From the NCBI GenBank assembly GCA_026391805.1, contig JAPLDJ010000011.1, positions 2,219-66,218 of the forward strand: 64,000 nt of DNA, given 5' to 3'. Position numbers and translations under genes: made by a program. The notes below the pieces were generated by a model, which saw nothing but the letters and a program-made list of their open reading frames with translations, made no database searches and was not told the origin of the DNA. The stretch comes from Bacteroidota bacterium (GTDB taxonomy: Bacteria; Bacteroidota; Bacteroidia; Bacteroidales; FEN-979). How positions within the stretch are numbered: position 1 is the first letter of the stretch; every line of letters begins with the position of its first letter. Positions 48,308-56,905 of the stretch are shown here, piece by piece.

Positions 48308-49081
48308 ATGAGCGTCAAGAAGCTCCTTCACGACCTCGTTGTCCTGAAGAATGAACACCTGAACCGACGGCATTTTGTTTTGGAGTTGAAAGCTCCGGAA
48401 CCCCTGCCGGAAATTCTTCCGGGGCAGTTTGTTCAGGTGCTGGTGGAGGATTCTCCAACAACTTTTTTACGGCGTCCTTTTTCGATCCACGGATATGATC
48501 CTGCAAACAATACTTTCCAGCTCCTGATCCAGATCAAAGGCAAAGGAACACATCATCTTTCCCTTTTAAAAGAAGGAGACAAGCTGAACGTGATGTATCC
48601 GCTGGGTAATTCATTTTCATTTCCCGGCGGGAAGAATGTGCTGCTTGTTGGCGGCGGCTGCGGGGTTGCACCCCTCCTGTTCCTGGGACAATGGCTGAAA
48701 GCCGCGGGGGTGAATGTCACACTCCTTACCGGCTGGAAACGAAAAGAAGATATTTTCGAAGAAGAGGCTTACCGTGCCTGTGGGGAGCTGCTTGTCACAA
48801 CCGAAGACGGTTCTGCAGGTGAAAAGGGAATGGTGACCGGTCATTCAGTATTCAAATCAGGCCGGGCATTTGACCGTATCTATTCCTGCGGCCCCGACCG
48901 GATGATGAAAGCCGTAGCACACATCGCCACACGGAAAGGCATTGAATGCGAGGTCTCGCTTGAAAACACGATGGCCTGCGGCTTCGGCGTCTGCCTCTGC
49001 TGCATCACCCCGACTAATCACGGGAATCAGCGGGTTTGCATCGAAGGGCCGGTGTTTGATGCCAAGGAACTGGGATGGTAA
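48308..49081 (+). CDS. pyrK: Dihydroorotate dehydrogenase electron-transfer subunit
   Basis: PGQF, LRRPFS, GGGCGVAP, CGP, MACGFGVCLCC, C..GPVF. Confidence 0.93.
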   Translation: MSVKKLLHDLVVLKNEHLNRRHFVLELKAPEPLPEILPGQFVQVLVEDSPTTFLRRPFSIHGYDPANNTFQLLIQIKGKGTHHLSLLKEGDKLNVMYPLGNSFSFPGGKNVLLVGGGCGVAPLLFLGQWLKAAGVNVTLLTGWKRKEDIFEEEAYRACGELLVTTEDGSAGEKGMVTGHSVFKSGRAFDRIYSCGPDRMMKAVAHIATRKGIECEVSLENTMACGFGVCLCCITPTNHGNQRVCIEGPVFDAKELGW

Positions 49082-49089
49082 AAGGTTGA

Positions 49090-49177
49090 CAAGTACGAAG
49101 TACAAAGTAAGAATGAAGGACAAAGTATAAAGTACATATTATGATTGCGTATGACATATGACGTATGACGTCTGACA
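49090..49177 (+). repeat. Two heptamer families between pyrK and pyrD (AAGTAC-like, then TATGACR)
   Basis: aagtacgaagtacaaagt...aaagtataaagtac; gtatgacatatgacgtatgacgtctgac. Confidence 0.8.
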
Positions 49178-49187
49178 AATTATAGAA

Positions 49188-50099
49188 ATGACTGACCTCT
49201 CAATAAACATCGGCAACCTCAAACTGAAAAACCCCGTCATGACGGCGTCGGGGACGTTCGGCTACGGGGAGGAGTTCCGGGATTTTATCGACCTGGGGCG
49301 GCTGGGAGGGATCGTGGTAAAGGCGGTGACCGGGAACAACCGCGATGGCAATGCCTACCCGCGCATGGCGGAAACTCCAGCCGGGATGCTGAATTCGGTC
49401 GGACTGCAGAACAAAGGGGTGGATCATTTTGTAAAGGAGATCTATCCAAAAATAAAGGATTTCGATACCGTCATCATTGTCAATGTATCCGGTTCAACGA
49501 TTGATGAATATATTGAAGTTGCCGAACGGATCAATGAGCTGGAGAAGATCCCGGCCATCGAGCTGAACATCTCCTGTCCGAATGTAAAACAGGGCGGAAT
49601 GGCCTTCGGCACCATTCCTTCCACTGCCACGGAAGTCACGGCAGCAGTAAAAAAAGTATATAAAAAAGATCTCATCGTAAAGCTCTCCCCCAACGTAACC
49701 TCGATCGGAGAGATGGCAAAAGCTGTTGTTGACGGTGGTGCCGATATGATCTCCCTCATCAACACCCTGCTCGGGATGGCCATTGATGCCGAAAAGCGGA
49801 CGCCGGTGCTTTCCACCATCACCGGCGGATTGTCAGGCCCAGCCATCAAGCCCGTTGCCCTGCGGATGGTTTACCAGGTTTCAAAAGCAGTAAAGGTTCC
49901 TGTTATCGGCATGGGCGGCATCATGAACGCTACCGACGCCATCGAGTTCATGCTGGCAGGCGCCTCCGCCGTACAGGTTGGCACCGCCAATTTCATCGAT
50001 CCGACGGTCACCATGAAGATCATCGATGGGATTGACGCCTACTGCAGGCTCCATAAAATTGCCGCCGCACGGGATCTGATCTTCGCGTTAAATACGTAA
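49188..50099 (+). CDS. pyrD: Dihydroorotate dehydrogenase (class 1B)
   Basis: [37 protein letters not shown]. Confidence 0.96.
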   Translation: MTDLSINIGNLKLKNPVMTASGTFGYGEEFRDFIDLGRLGGIVVKAVTGNNRDGNAYPRMAETPAGMLNSVGLQNKGVDHFVKEIYPKIKDFDTVIIVNVSGSTIDEYIEVAERINELEKIPAIELNISCPNVKQGGMAFGTIPSTATEVTAAVKKVYKKDLIVKLSPNVTSIGEMAKAVVDGGADMISLINTLLGMAIDAEKRTPVLSTITGGLSGPAIKPVALRMVYQVSKAVKVPVIGMGGIMNATDAIEFMLAGASAVQVGTANFIDPTVTMKIIDGIDAYCRLHKIAAARDLIFALNT

Positions 50100-50125
50100 A
50101 AGAAAGGTTAATCTCCGATTTCCTC

Positions 50126-50205
50126 TTTAACCACAATAGACACAATAGAACACATTAGTATTTCACATATTCTATTGTGCCCTAATGTGCCTAATGTGGT
50201 GAAAA
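50126..50205. repeat. Inverted pair of 9/10-bp CACAWTAG arrays (long imperfect hairpin)
   Basis: ccacaatagacacaatagaacacattag ... ctattgtgccctaatgtgcctaatgtgg. Confidence 0.85.
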
Positions 50206-50259
50206 AGAATTACCATTCTCTTTAGTTAAAAACCCTAATTTTATCTTTTTAAAATACAA

Positions 50260-51060
50260 ATGGCCATGATCCTCAATGCAGGCTATGTCCAAACCGATCC
50301 ACTGTTCGGCCAAAAGGAGAAGAACTTCGCACAGGTTGAAGACCTTCTTACCAGCGTTAAAGCCGACCTGATCGTTCTTCCTGAATTGTTCGCAACCGGT
50401 TACACCTTTACCTCAAAAGATGAGGTCAGATCGCTGGCCGAAGAAGCGAGTCCCGGGAGTGATACATTTCGATTCCTCAGCCGACTTTCGATTCAAACAG
50501 GAGCAATCATTGTAGCAGGATTCATTGAAAAGGAAGATGATTCCATTTACAATGCCTCGATGATGGTCAGCAACAACGAACTGATTGGCGTTTACCGGAA
50601 GATTCATCTTTTCAACAAAGAAAAGCTCTGGTTCTCACACGGAAACAAACCGCTAAGGACCTGGAAGGTCCGTAATCTCAATATAGGGATGATGATCTGT
50701 TTCGACTGGATCTACCCCGAGGTTTGCAGGTCGCTGGCGCTGCAGGGCGCTGAAGTCATTGCACATCCCTCCAACCTTGTGATGCCTTATTGCCAGGCTG
50801 CCATGGTAACCCGCTGCCTCGAAAACCGGGTCTTTGCAATCACCGCAAACAGGATCGGGAAAGAACAGCGCGGTGATGACCATTTCATCTTCACCGGAGA
50901 AAGCCAGATAACTGCACCCGACGGATCGATCCTCTCAAAATCCGCTACCTGCAAGACTTCTGTAGAATTTATTCAACTCGACGTTAGCAAGGCTACCGAC
51001 AAAAAGATCAATCCTTTCAACGACCTGCTCAACGACCGGAGGCCGGAACTTTATTCGTGA
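50260..51060 (+). CDS. Carbon-nitrogen hydrolase (nitrilase family)
   Basis: LPELF.TGY, YRKIHLF, ICFDW (E-K-C triad). Confidence 0.92.
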   Translation: MAMILNAGYVQTDPLFGQKEKNFAQVEDLLTSVKADLIVLPELFATGYTFTSKDEVRSLAEEASPGSDTFRFLSRLSIQTGAIIVAGFIEKEDDSIYNASMMVSNNELIGVYRKIHLFNKEKLWFSHGNKPLRTWKVRNLNIGMMICFDWIYPEVCRSLALQGAEVIAHPSNLVMPYCQAAMVTRCLENRVFAITANRIGKEQRGDDHFIFTGESQITAPDGSILSKSATCKTSVEFIQLDVSKATDKKINPFNDLLNDRRPELYS

Positions 51061-51065
51061 CAAAT

Positions 51066-51190
51066 GACAGGTTACAGGTTACGAGTATCACGCAAAGACC
51101 GCAAAGATGAAACGCAAAGTTCGCAAAGGGATTGATTTCTGGTAGTTACTCTCTGCGTTCTTTTCGAAATTCTTTGCGTTCTTTGCGAGA
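51066..51190. repeat. GTTACAG 7-mers, then an inverted pair of CGCAAAG arrays
   Basis: cgcaaag x4 ... ctctgcg/ctttgcg. Confidence 0.8.
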
Positions 51191-51248
51191 AACGCACTTT
51201 TAAGACAAGTCCCGATGAAATGGCACTACTGATAAACCATATTCCCGT

Positions 51249-51409
51249 GATCCCCATCGGGGATCCATTATTGTAAAAATAACGTTGACCAATATCATCA
51301 CATCCCTGGAGGGGATGCATAATCCTGCTATTCCATTATGGATTTCCTACGGAAATTTGATTGTGGCTTTTCTCCGTTCTACTACAAAAATGGATTTCCT
51401 GCGGAAATC
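51249..51409. repeat. Four short REP-like hairpins arranged as two pairs
   Basis: gatccccatcggggatc, catccctggaggggatg, atttcctacggaaat, gatttcctgcggaaatc. Confidence 0.7.
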
Positions 51410-51529
51410 TTTACCTCACAATAGTAATGGCCTTCAACCAAAAAATAATTAAAAATTCTGTTTCGTGAACCGTGTTCCGAAATCGCTTTTACAACGTAGT
51501 GTAGCAATCAAAGAAGATCGGTCAGCAAA

Positions 51530-53680
51530 CTACTTCCCGTCAGTAACTTTAATAAATTTCCCGTACCGGCCGTTAAGACCGTTTGAATCAGTTAATCTTA
51601 CAAGGTAGATGCCCGGGGTCAGGCCCGAAACATCGATTTCCTTTTTATCACTTTGTTCAATCAATACCTTCCCTTCCGGAGAGTACAACGTCACCATGAA
51701 ATATCCTTCACCGGTTTCAAGGAATATATGGTCAGAAGCCGGGTTGGGATAGATCGTAAAGTCACCCGCTATCGTTTTGTGACCGGTTCCTGCAATAACA
51801 TCCCGGAGCAGGAAGGCGGGATGAAGGTTCTGTGAAGTTGTGTTCCCGACCGAATCCATCAGCATCACCATCAGATCGATCAGGGCAGAATCAGAATAGC
51901 TGTTCATCACCGGTGTGAGATCCGCTTCATAAGGCATTCCGCAGGTTGAGTCCAGCTTTGCCGGGATGGAATTCACGGGAAGTGAGGTCCATGTTGTCTC
52001 GTCATAATTTTTATAGAAAAGCTGGACATCAGCCAAGGAATGGTAAATGCGCTGATACGATGGAGTATATTCCCAATCCGCAGCTGTAAAGCTGACTTTG
52101 GCCGGGTAACCGCGTACAATCTCTGGGGACACATTATCTCCCTGCTGCACCTTAAATGCCATCATGGTCGGAGAACAGGCATCCGTGGGGTTCGCCAGGT
52201 CGAACGTCAGAGTGGTCTGGAGGAAACCCTGCTTCCCGTAAAAGAGGTAGTTGCTGTCGTTCAGGATAACGCTGTAAATACCGGTGCCGGGAGTATAATA
52301 ATAGATCTCAAAACTGTTGCGCGCAGAGTCCTGGTAAATCATAATGTTTTCATCCCATATCTGATAGGTGCACAAGGGAACATCCACATACCGTCTTTCG
52401 TTGCTCTGCCCTCGAAAATGGGAATAAATATCGATAAATGGTTGTCCGGGCTTGTTGACCTGCCACGTGACGTTGAACGGGGCGGTGTTCCCAACCGTCA
52501 CCGCTTCACCGGGCGATATCCGGTAATCGGATTCCACCGGCGGATAGTTGCCCTGGGTGCTGAATATAAGATCATTGGTTTTATACAGATAGGTAATCGG
52601 GGTCATGATATCGGTCATGTGTGTTGTGGACATGGGATTCAGGCCGAGATGATCGATAAATGTTGCAAAAAAGGATTTGTTGGAATCGACGGGAGACTGG
52701 TTCAGGTATAGGATCACTGAATCGGTTTCCGAGCTGGGATAGTCATCCCATAGAAATGCCCCCACAAATGTGTCCACGGATCCGGTCAGGGAATCATTTG
52801 AAACAGGGCCATAGCCCCAGGCCAGGTAAAAGTCCTTCCCCGACGGCGCGGAATTCAGGATCTGCATCGAGTGCTTCATTTCCGAAGGATCGCTCGTCAG
52901 CGCAGTATCACTGGTTACTCCGCTCAGGACAGGATATGTGATAGAATATTGTTGATAAAGCTTCTTTTTCGTGACAAAGATCCTGTTCATCAGGATCTTC
53001 ATATTGGGTGGGATATCGGACACCATGATGGAGTCCGGCACAAACCCGGAGTAACAATAGGAAGAATACGGTACCTTGGAAGGCTCATCAAATTCCACAT
53101 TGACACCAAAACCATCTCCTGAATCCCCAGACTGCCCCTGCAGGGTATCGCCATACTCGTCAAGGGCAACGAGCCGGATCTGGTGATTTGCGGATGAAGA
53201 CAGGATGGTCGTATCCATATCCGTGTACACAAGAAAATGACCGTCGAAAATATAACGTTGGACAATAAATCCATCCATAGAGCAAAAAAGCTGATAGTAT
53301 CCGGCGGGCATGTCAGCCTCAAGCGTCGTGGAATTGACCCAATTCATGTTATAGTTGCTTAAGAACATAGTGTCAGCATTCACGCAAAGCAGATCATTAA
53401 AACCGTTTGCCTGATCAAAATGGAAAACGATATGGTTTGTCTGTAAGGGCTTTTTGCTCCCAGCAAGAAGTTTCGCTTCCCTTGCGTCACGATCATTTTG
53501 GAAGGGATTATAATACCTTGCCGGCTTGCCGGCATGCCGGGCGACGGAATGAGAATACTTTCCGTTGGCAAGCCGGTGAATGTCTGAAACCGTTTGAACA
53601 TTGGATAAATTGGTTTGGAACTGTGCGGCTGTGAGGCAGGAGATGGAGATAAGGCAAAGGATCAGGAAGGAGGTTTTCAT
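51530..53680 (-). CDS. T9SS type A CTD-containing hypothetical protein
   Basis: Signal peptide; IYPNPASD...IDVSGLTPGIYLV...KFIK. Confidence 0.85.
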   Translation of the reverse strand: MKTSFLILCLISISCLTAAQFQTNLSNVQTVSDIHRLANGKYSHSVARHAGKPARYYNPFQNDRDAREAKLLAGSKKPLQTNHIVFHFDQANGFNDLLCVNADTMFLSNYNMNWVNSTTLEADMPAGYYQLFCSMDGFIVQRYIFDGHFLVYTDMDTTILSSSANHQIRLVALDEYGDTLQGQSGDSGDGFGVNVEFDEPSKVPYSSYCYSGFVPDSIMVSDIPPNMKILMNRIFVTKKKLYQQYSITYPVLSGVTSDTALTSDPSEMKHSMQILNSAPSGKDFYLAWGYGPVSNDSLTGSVDTFVGAFLWDDYPSSETDSVILYLNQSPVDSNKSFFATFIDHLGLNPMSTTHMTDIMTPITYLYKTNDLIFSTQGNYPPVESDYRISPGEAVTVGNTAPFNVTWQVNKPGQPFIDIYSHFRGQSNERRYVDVPLCTYQIWDENIMIYQDSARNSFEIYYYTPGTGIYSVILNDSNYLFYGKQGFLQTTLTFDLANPTDACSPTMMAFKVQQGDNVSPEIVRGYPAKVSFTAADWEYTPSYQRIYHSLADVQLFYKNYDETTWTSLPVNSIPAKLDSTCGMPYEADLTPVMNSYSDSALIDLMVMLMDSVGNTTSQNLHPAFLLRDVIAGTGHKTIAGDFTIYPNPASDHIFLETGEGYFMVTLYSPEGKVLIEQSDKKEIDVSGLTPGIYLVRLTDSNGLNGRYGKFIKVTDGK

Positions 53681-53823
53681 GGGGCGGATTTATAAATTCA
53701 GATGAAGATTATCCGGGAATGAGCTGTTGGGACGAACGGAAAACCGCGCTAATGTAAAAAAAAACGTTTCCAAATTTACTTACCAACCAATTAATTCAAA
53801 AATAATAAAAATTGAATTACCCA

Positions 53824-53963
53824 GGACGGAGGTCGGAGGTCGGAAATCTGAAAAATCCGTGTAATCCCTGCCTGCGGCAGGCAGGTGTGTAATCTGTGGT
53901 AAAATTCAATCTTCATTTCCGCACAATTTCATGAGTACCTTCTTACGATTTTACGATCTTACC
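53824..53963 (+). repeat. Composite mosaic upstream of ORF6N (GGAGGTC 7-mers, type A with palindrome at 53867-53885, TTACGAT 8-mers)
   Basis: aatccgtgtaatc[cctgcctgcggcaggcagg]tgtgtaatctgtggt. Confidence 0.85.
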
Positions 53964-54028
53964 ATTTAAAAAAATTTCAAAAAACGTATTACTTTTTCCT
54001 GATTTCCGGATTAAGGATAAAACATAAA

Positions 54029-54568
54029 ATGGAAAATATTGATACGAAATCGCCCCTGCCGGCGGAGTCCATCATCAGGAAAATATATTGGGTCAGGGGA
54101 GAAAAGGTTATGCTGGATGAAGATCTGGCTGAGCTTTACGGAGTTGAAGTCAAACGTCTGAAAGAAGCTGTCAGAAGGAATCTTAAGCGGTTTCCAGCGG
54201 ATTTCTTACTCGCATTGACTTGGGAAGAGTATCATTCTTTAAGGTCGCAATATGCGTCCTTAAAGAGGGGGCAGCATTCAAAGTTCCGTCCGTTTGCCTT
54301 TACCGAGCAAGGTGTTGCAATGTTATCCTCTGTGCTGCATTCAGATGCTGCAATTCTTGTGAATATTGCCATTATAAGGGCATTTGTTTATATCAGGAAA
54401 ATTCTTGAACTGGACTCGGTGCTTCGCCTGAAAATTGATGAACTGGAAAAGAATGTGGCTTCTCATAATGAAAAAATAGAGCTTATTTTCCAGGCACTAA
54501 AACAGTTTATGGGAAAAAAAGACGAACCAAGTATACCAAGAAGAAGGATTGGGATAAAATTGAGATAG
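54029..54568 (+). CDS. ORF6N domain DNA-binding protein
   Basis: RGEKVMLD.DLAELYGV, RRN..RFP.DF, AFTEQGVAMLSSVL. Confidence 0.93.
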   Translation: MENIDTKSPLPAESIIRKIYWVRGEKVMLDEDLAELYGVEVKRLKEAVRRNLKRFPADFLLALTWEEYHSLRSQYASLKRGQHSKFRPFAFTEQGVAMLSSVLHSDAAILVNIAIIRAFVYIRKILELDSVLRLKIDELEKNVASHNEKIELIFQALKQFMGKKDEPSIPRRRIGIKLR

Positions 54569-54611
54569 ATGACCGATAAGAGTTAAACCGTATATCGTGT
54601 ACCGTGTACCG

Positions 54612-55625
54612 CTATATAACATTCACCTCGGTCTCCAGCAGAACCCCAAACTTTTGATAGACGGAATCCTTGACCTCCTGCGAGAGCTGCAGGATCTCCT
54701 GACCGGTGGCGTTTCCATAATTGACAAGCACCAGCGGCTGGTTCGGATGAACGCCGGCATCCCCTTCCCTTTTGCCTTTCCAGCCGCACGATTCGATCAG
54801 CCAGGCGGCGGCCAGTTTGATTCCATCATTTTGTGGAAAAGAGACGATGGCCAGGAACTTTTCCTTTAACTCCAGGAATTGACTTTCGGGTATGACGGGA
54901 TTTTTAAAGAAGCTTCCTGCATTGCCTGCTACCAGAGGATCGGGGAGCTTGCGGCGCCGGATGGTGCAGACAGCTTCACGCACTGCAGCGATATCCGGTT
55001 TTTCAATATTCATTGCAACAAGCTCATCTTTGATATTCCCGTAATCCAGGCAAAGAACCGGATTTTTCTTCAGACGGAAAGTCACATCCAGAATAACATA
55101 CCGGCCTTTATAAATTGTTTTGAAGATGCTGTCGCGGTATCCGAACCGGCATTCTTCATTGGTAAAGATCTTTTTCACGTTGGTCTGCAGGTCCCAGGAA
55201 GTGAGTTCAACCAACCTGTCTTTTATTTCAACTCCGTAAGCGCCGATGTTCTGAACCGGGCTGGTACCTGCATTCCCGGGGATCAGCGACATATTCTCCA
55301 GTCCGCCCCAGCCTTTCTCCACGCAAAACCTTACCAGGTCATCCCACTGCTCGCCGGCATTTGCCCTGACTAAAACTTCATCCTCATTTTCATCCGCCAC
55401 CGTGATCCCTTTTGTCGATATCTTTAATACAGTTCCGGGAAAATCCTTTGTAAAGAGCACATTGCTTCCCCCGCCAAGGATCAGCAGCGGATGCCGGGGT
55501 TCATCAGGTCCTGTGAGGAATGCGATAATCTCTTCTGTGGTCTGAGCTTCGGCAAACCAGCGCGCCTTTGCATCGATCCCGAAGGTATTATACGGTTTGA
55601 GGGAAATGTTTTCGCGGATCTGCAT
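54612..55625 (-). CDS. murB: UDP-N-acetylmuramate dehydrogenase
   Basis: YNTFGI, GGGSN, IPG..G..PVQNIGAYG, FGYRDS, NAGSFFKNP. Confidence 0.97.
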   Translation of the reverse strand: MQIRENISLKPYNTFGIDAKARWFAEAQTTEEIIAFLTGPDEPRHPLLILGGGSNVLFTKDFPGTVLKISTKGITVADENEDEVLVRANAGEQWDDLVRFCVEKGWGGLENMSLIPGNAGTSPVQNIGAYGVEIKDRLVELTSWDLQTNVKKIFTNEECRFGYRDSIFKTIYKGRYVILDVTFRLKKNPVLCLDYGNIKDELVAMNIEKPDIAAVREAVCTIRRRKLPDPLVAGNAGSFFKNPVIPESQFLELKEKFLAIVSFPQNDGIKLAAAWLIESCGWKGKREGDAGVHPNQPLVLVNYGNATGQEILQLSQEVKDSVYQKFGVLLETEVNVI

Positions 55626-55701
55626 GGCGGTTCGGAATTCCCTTCAAAATTAATTGAAATGCCTTTACCGGCGAAAGGATTTTTATTTTAGTTACTTTTG
55701 T

Positions 55702-55779
55702 ATAAACTCACCCCCCTTCCCCCTCTCTTTAAAATAAAGAGAGGGGGTGGACGCCGGAGGCGGACGGGGGTGAGTTTAT
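55702..55779. repeat. Nested hairpin element of the CTCACCCC family
   Basis: Outer ATAAACTCACCCC...GGGGTGAGTTTAT; inner CCCCCTCTCTTT-AAAAT-AAAGAGAGGGGG. Confidence 0.8.
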
Positions 55780-55789
55780 TTGATTCCTT

Positions 55790-56905
55790 GTGAAAAACGT
55801 AATAATCTCCGTCACCAACGACCTCACCACCGACCAGCGGGTGGACAGGGTGTGCAATACACTGATTAAAATGGGATTCGGGGTGCTGCTGGTGGGGAGG
55901 AAACTCAGGCAAAGCCTTCCTCTAAAACCCAGGAATTACAGGACGAAGCGAATGAAACTCCTGTTTACCAAAGGCCCCTGGTTTTATGCCGAATACAACC
56001 TCCGCCTCTTCTTCTTCCTTATTTTTCATAAAGCAGACCTCCTTGTATCCAATGACCTCGACACGCTGCTTGCCAATTACTTGGCATCAGTCCTGCGAAG
56101 GATTCCCCTGGTACATGATTGCCATGAATATTTCCGTGGTGTTCCTGAACTAAACCACAGGCCGGGAACGGTGCGTATCTGGAAACGAATTGAAGACTTC
56201 ATATTTCCGAAACTGAAGAATGTTTATGCCGTCAATGCATCCATTGCAGAAATCTACCGTAAAGAATACGGTAACGAGGTCAGGGTGATCCGGAATGTGC
56301 CGTCGCGGAAACTTCCTGGAACCATAAGGAGAAACATCATCCCTGGCATTCCTGAAGGCGCAAGGATCATCCTTTACCAGGGATCGGTGAATGTGGACCG
56401 CGGACTCGATGAAGCCATTACGGCCATGCAATTCATGAAGACAAAGGCCATCCTGCTGATCATCGGCACCGGGGATGTGATCGATAAGCTGAAGCTTTTA
56501 TCTGAAAATACCGGCGTCAGAGGAAAAGTGATCTTTACCGGGCCAATACTGCTGGAAGAGTTGCATGAATATACTGTCACGGCCGACATCGGCCTGTCGA
56601 TTGAAAAAGATGTCAGCCTGAATTATCATTACTGCCTTCCGAATAAATTCCTCGATTACATACAGGCACAGGTACCGGTATTGGTTTCGCCATTGCCGGA
56701 AATGATGGCCATTGTTGAAAAATACGGGATCGGGGAAACGATTGAAAGCCATGATCCGAAGCACCTTGCCTCAAAATTTGATGCCATGCTGAATGACCAT
56801 GACAAACTGGCCCTTTACCATGCGAACCTTGCGAAAGCTGCTTCCGACCTTTGCTGGGAAAACGAGGAACCGGAACTGATGAACATTTATCAACGATATG
56901 CCTGA
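55790..56905 (+). CDS. Glycosyltransferase family 4
   Basis: NDL.TDQRV, DCHEYF, YQG....RGL, LPNKFLDY. Confidence 0.9.
   Translation: MKNVIISVTNDLTTDQRVDRVCNTLIKMGFGVLLVGRKLRQSLPLKPRNYRTKRMKLLFTKGPWFYAEYNLRLFFFLIFHKADLLVSNDLDTLLANYLASVLRRIPLVHDCHEYFRGVPELNHRPGTVRIWKRIEDFIFPKLKNVYAVNASIAEIYRKEYGNEVRVIRNVPSRKLPGTIRRNIIPGIPEGARIILYQGSVNVDRGLDEAITAMQFMKTKAILLIIGTGDVIDKLKLLSENTGVRGKVIFTGPILLEELHEYTVTADIGLSIEKDVSLNYHYCLPNKFLDYIQAQVPVLVSPLPEMMAIVEKYGIGETIESHDPKHLASKFDAMLNDHDKLALYHANLAKAASDLCWENEEPELMNIYQRYA

Noticed and set aside
54029-54568. Prophage around ORF6N
   Set aside because: No integrase, structural or replication genes nearby.
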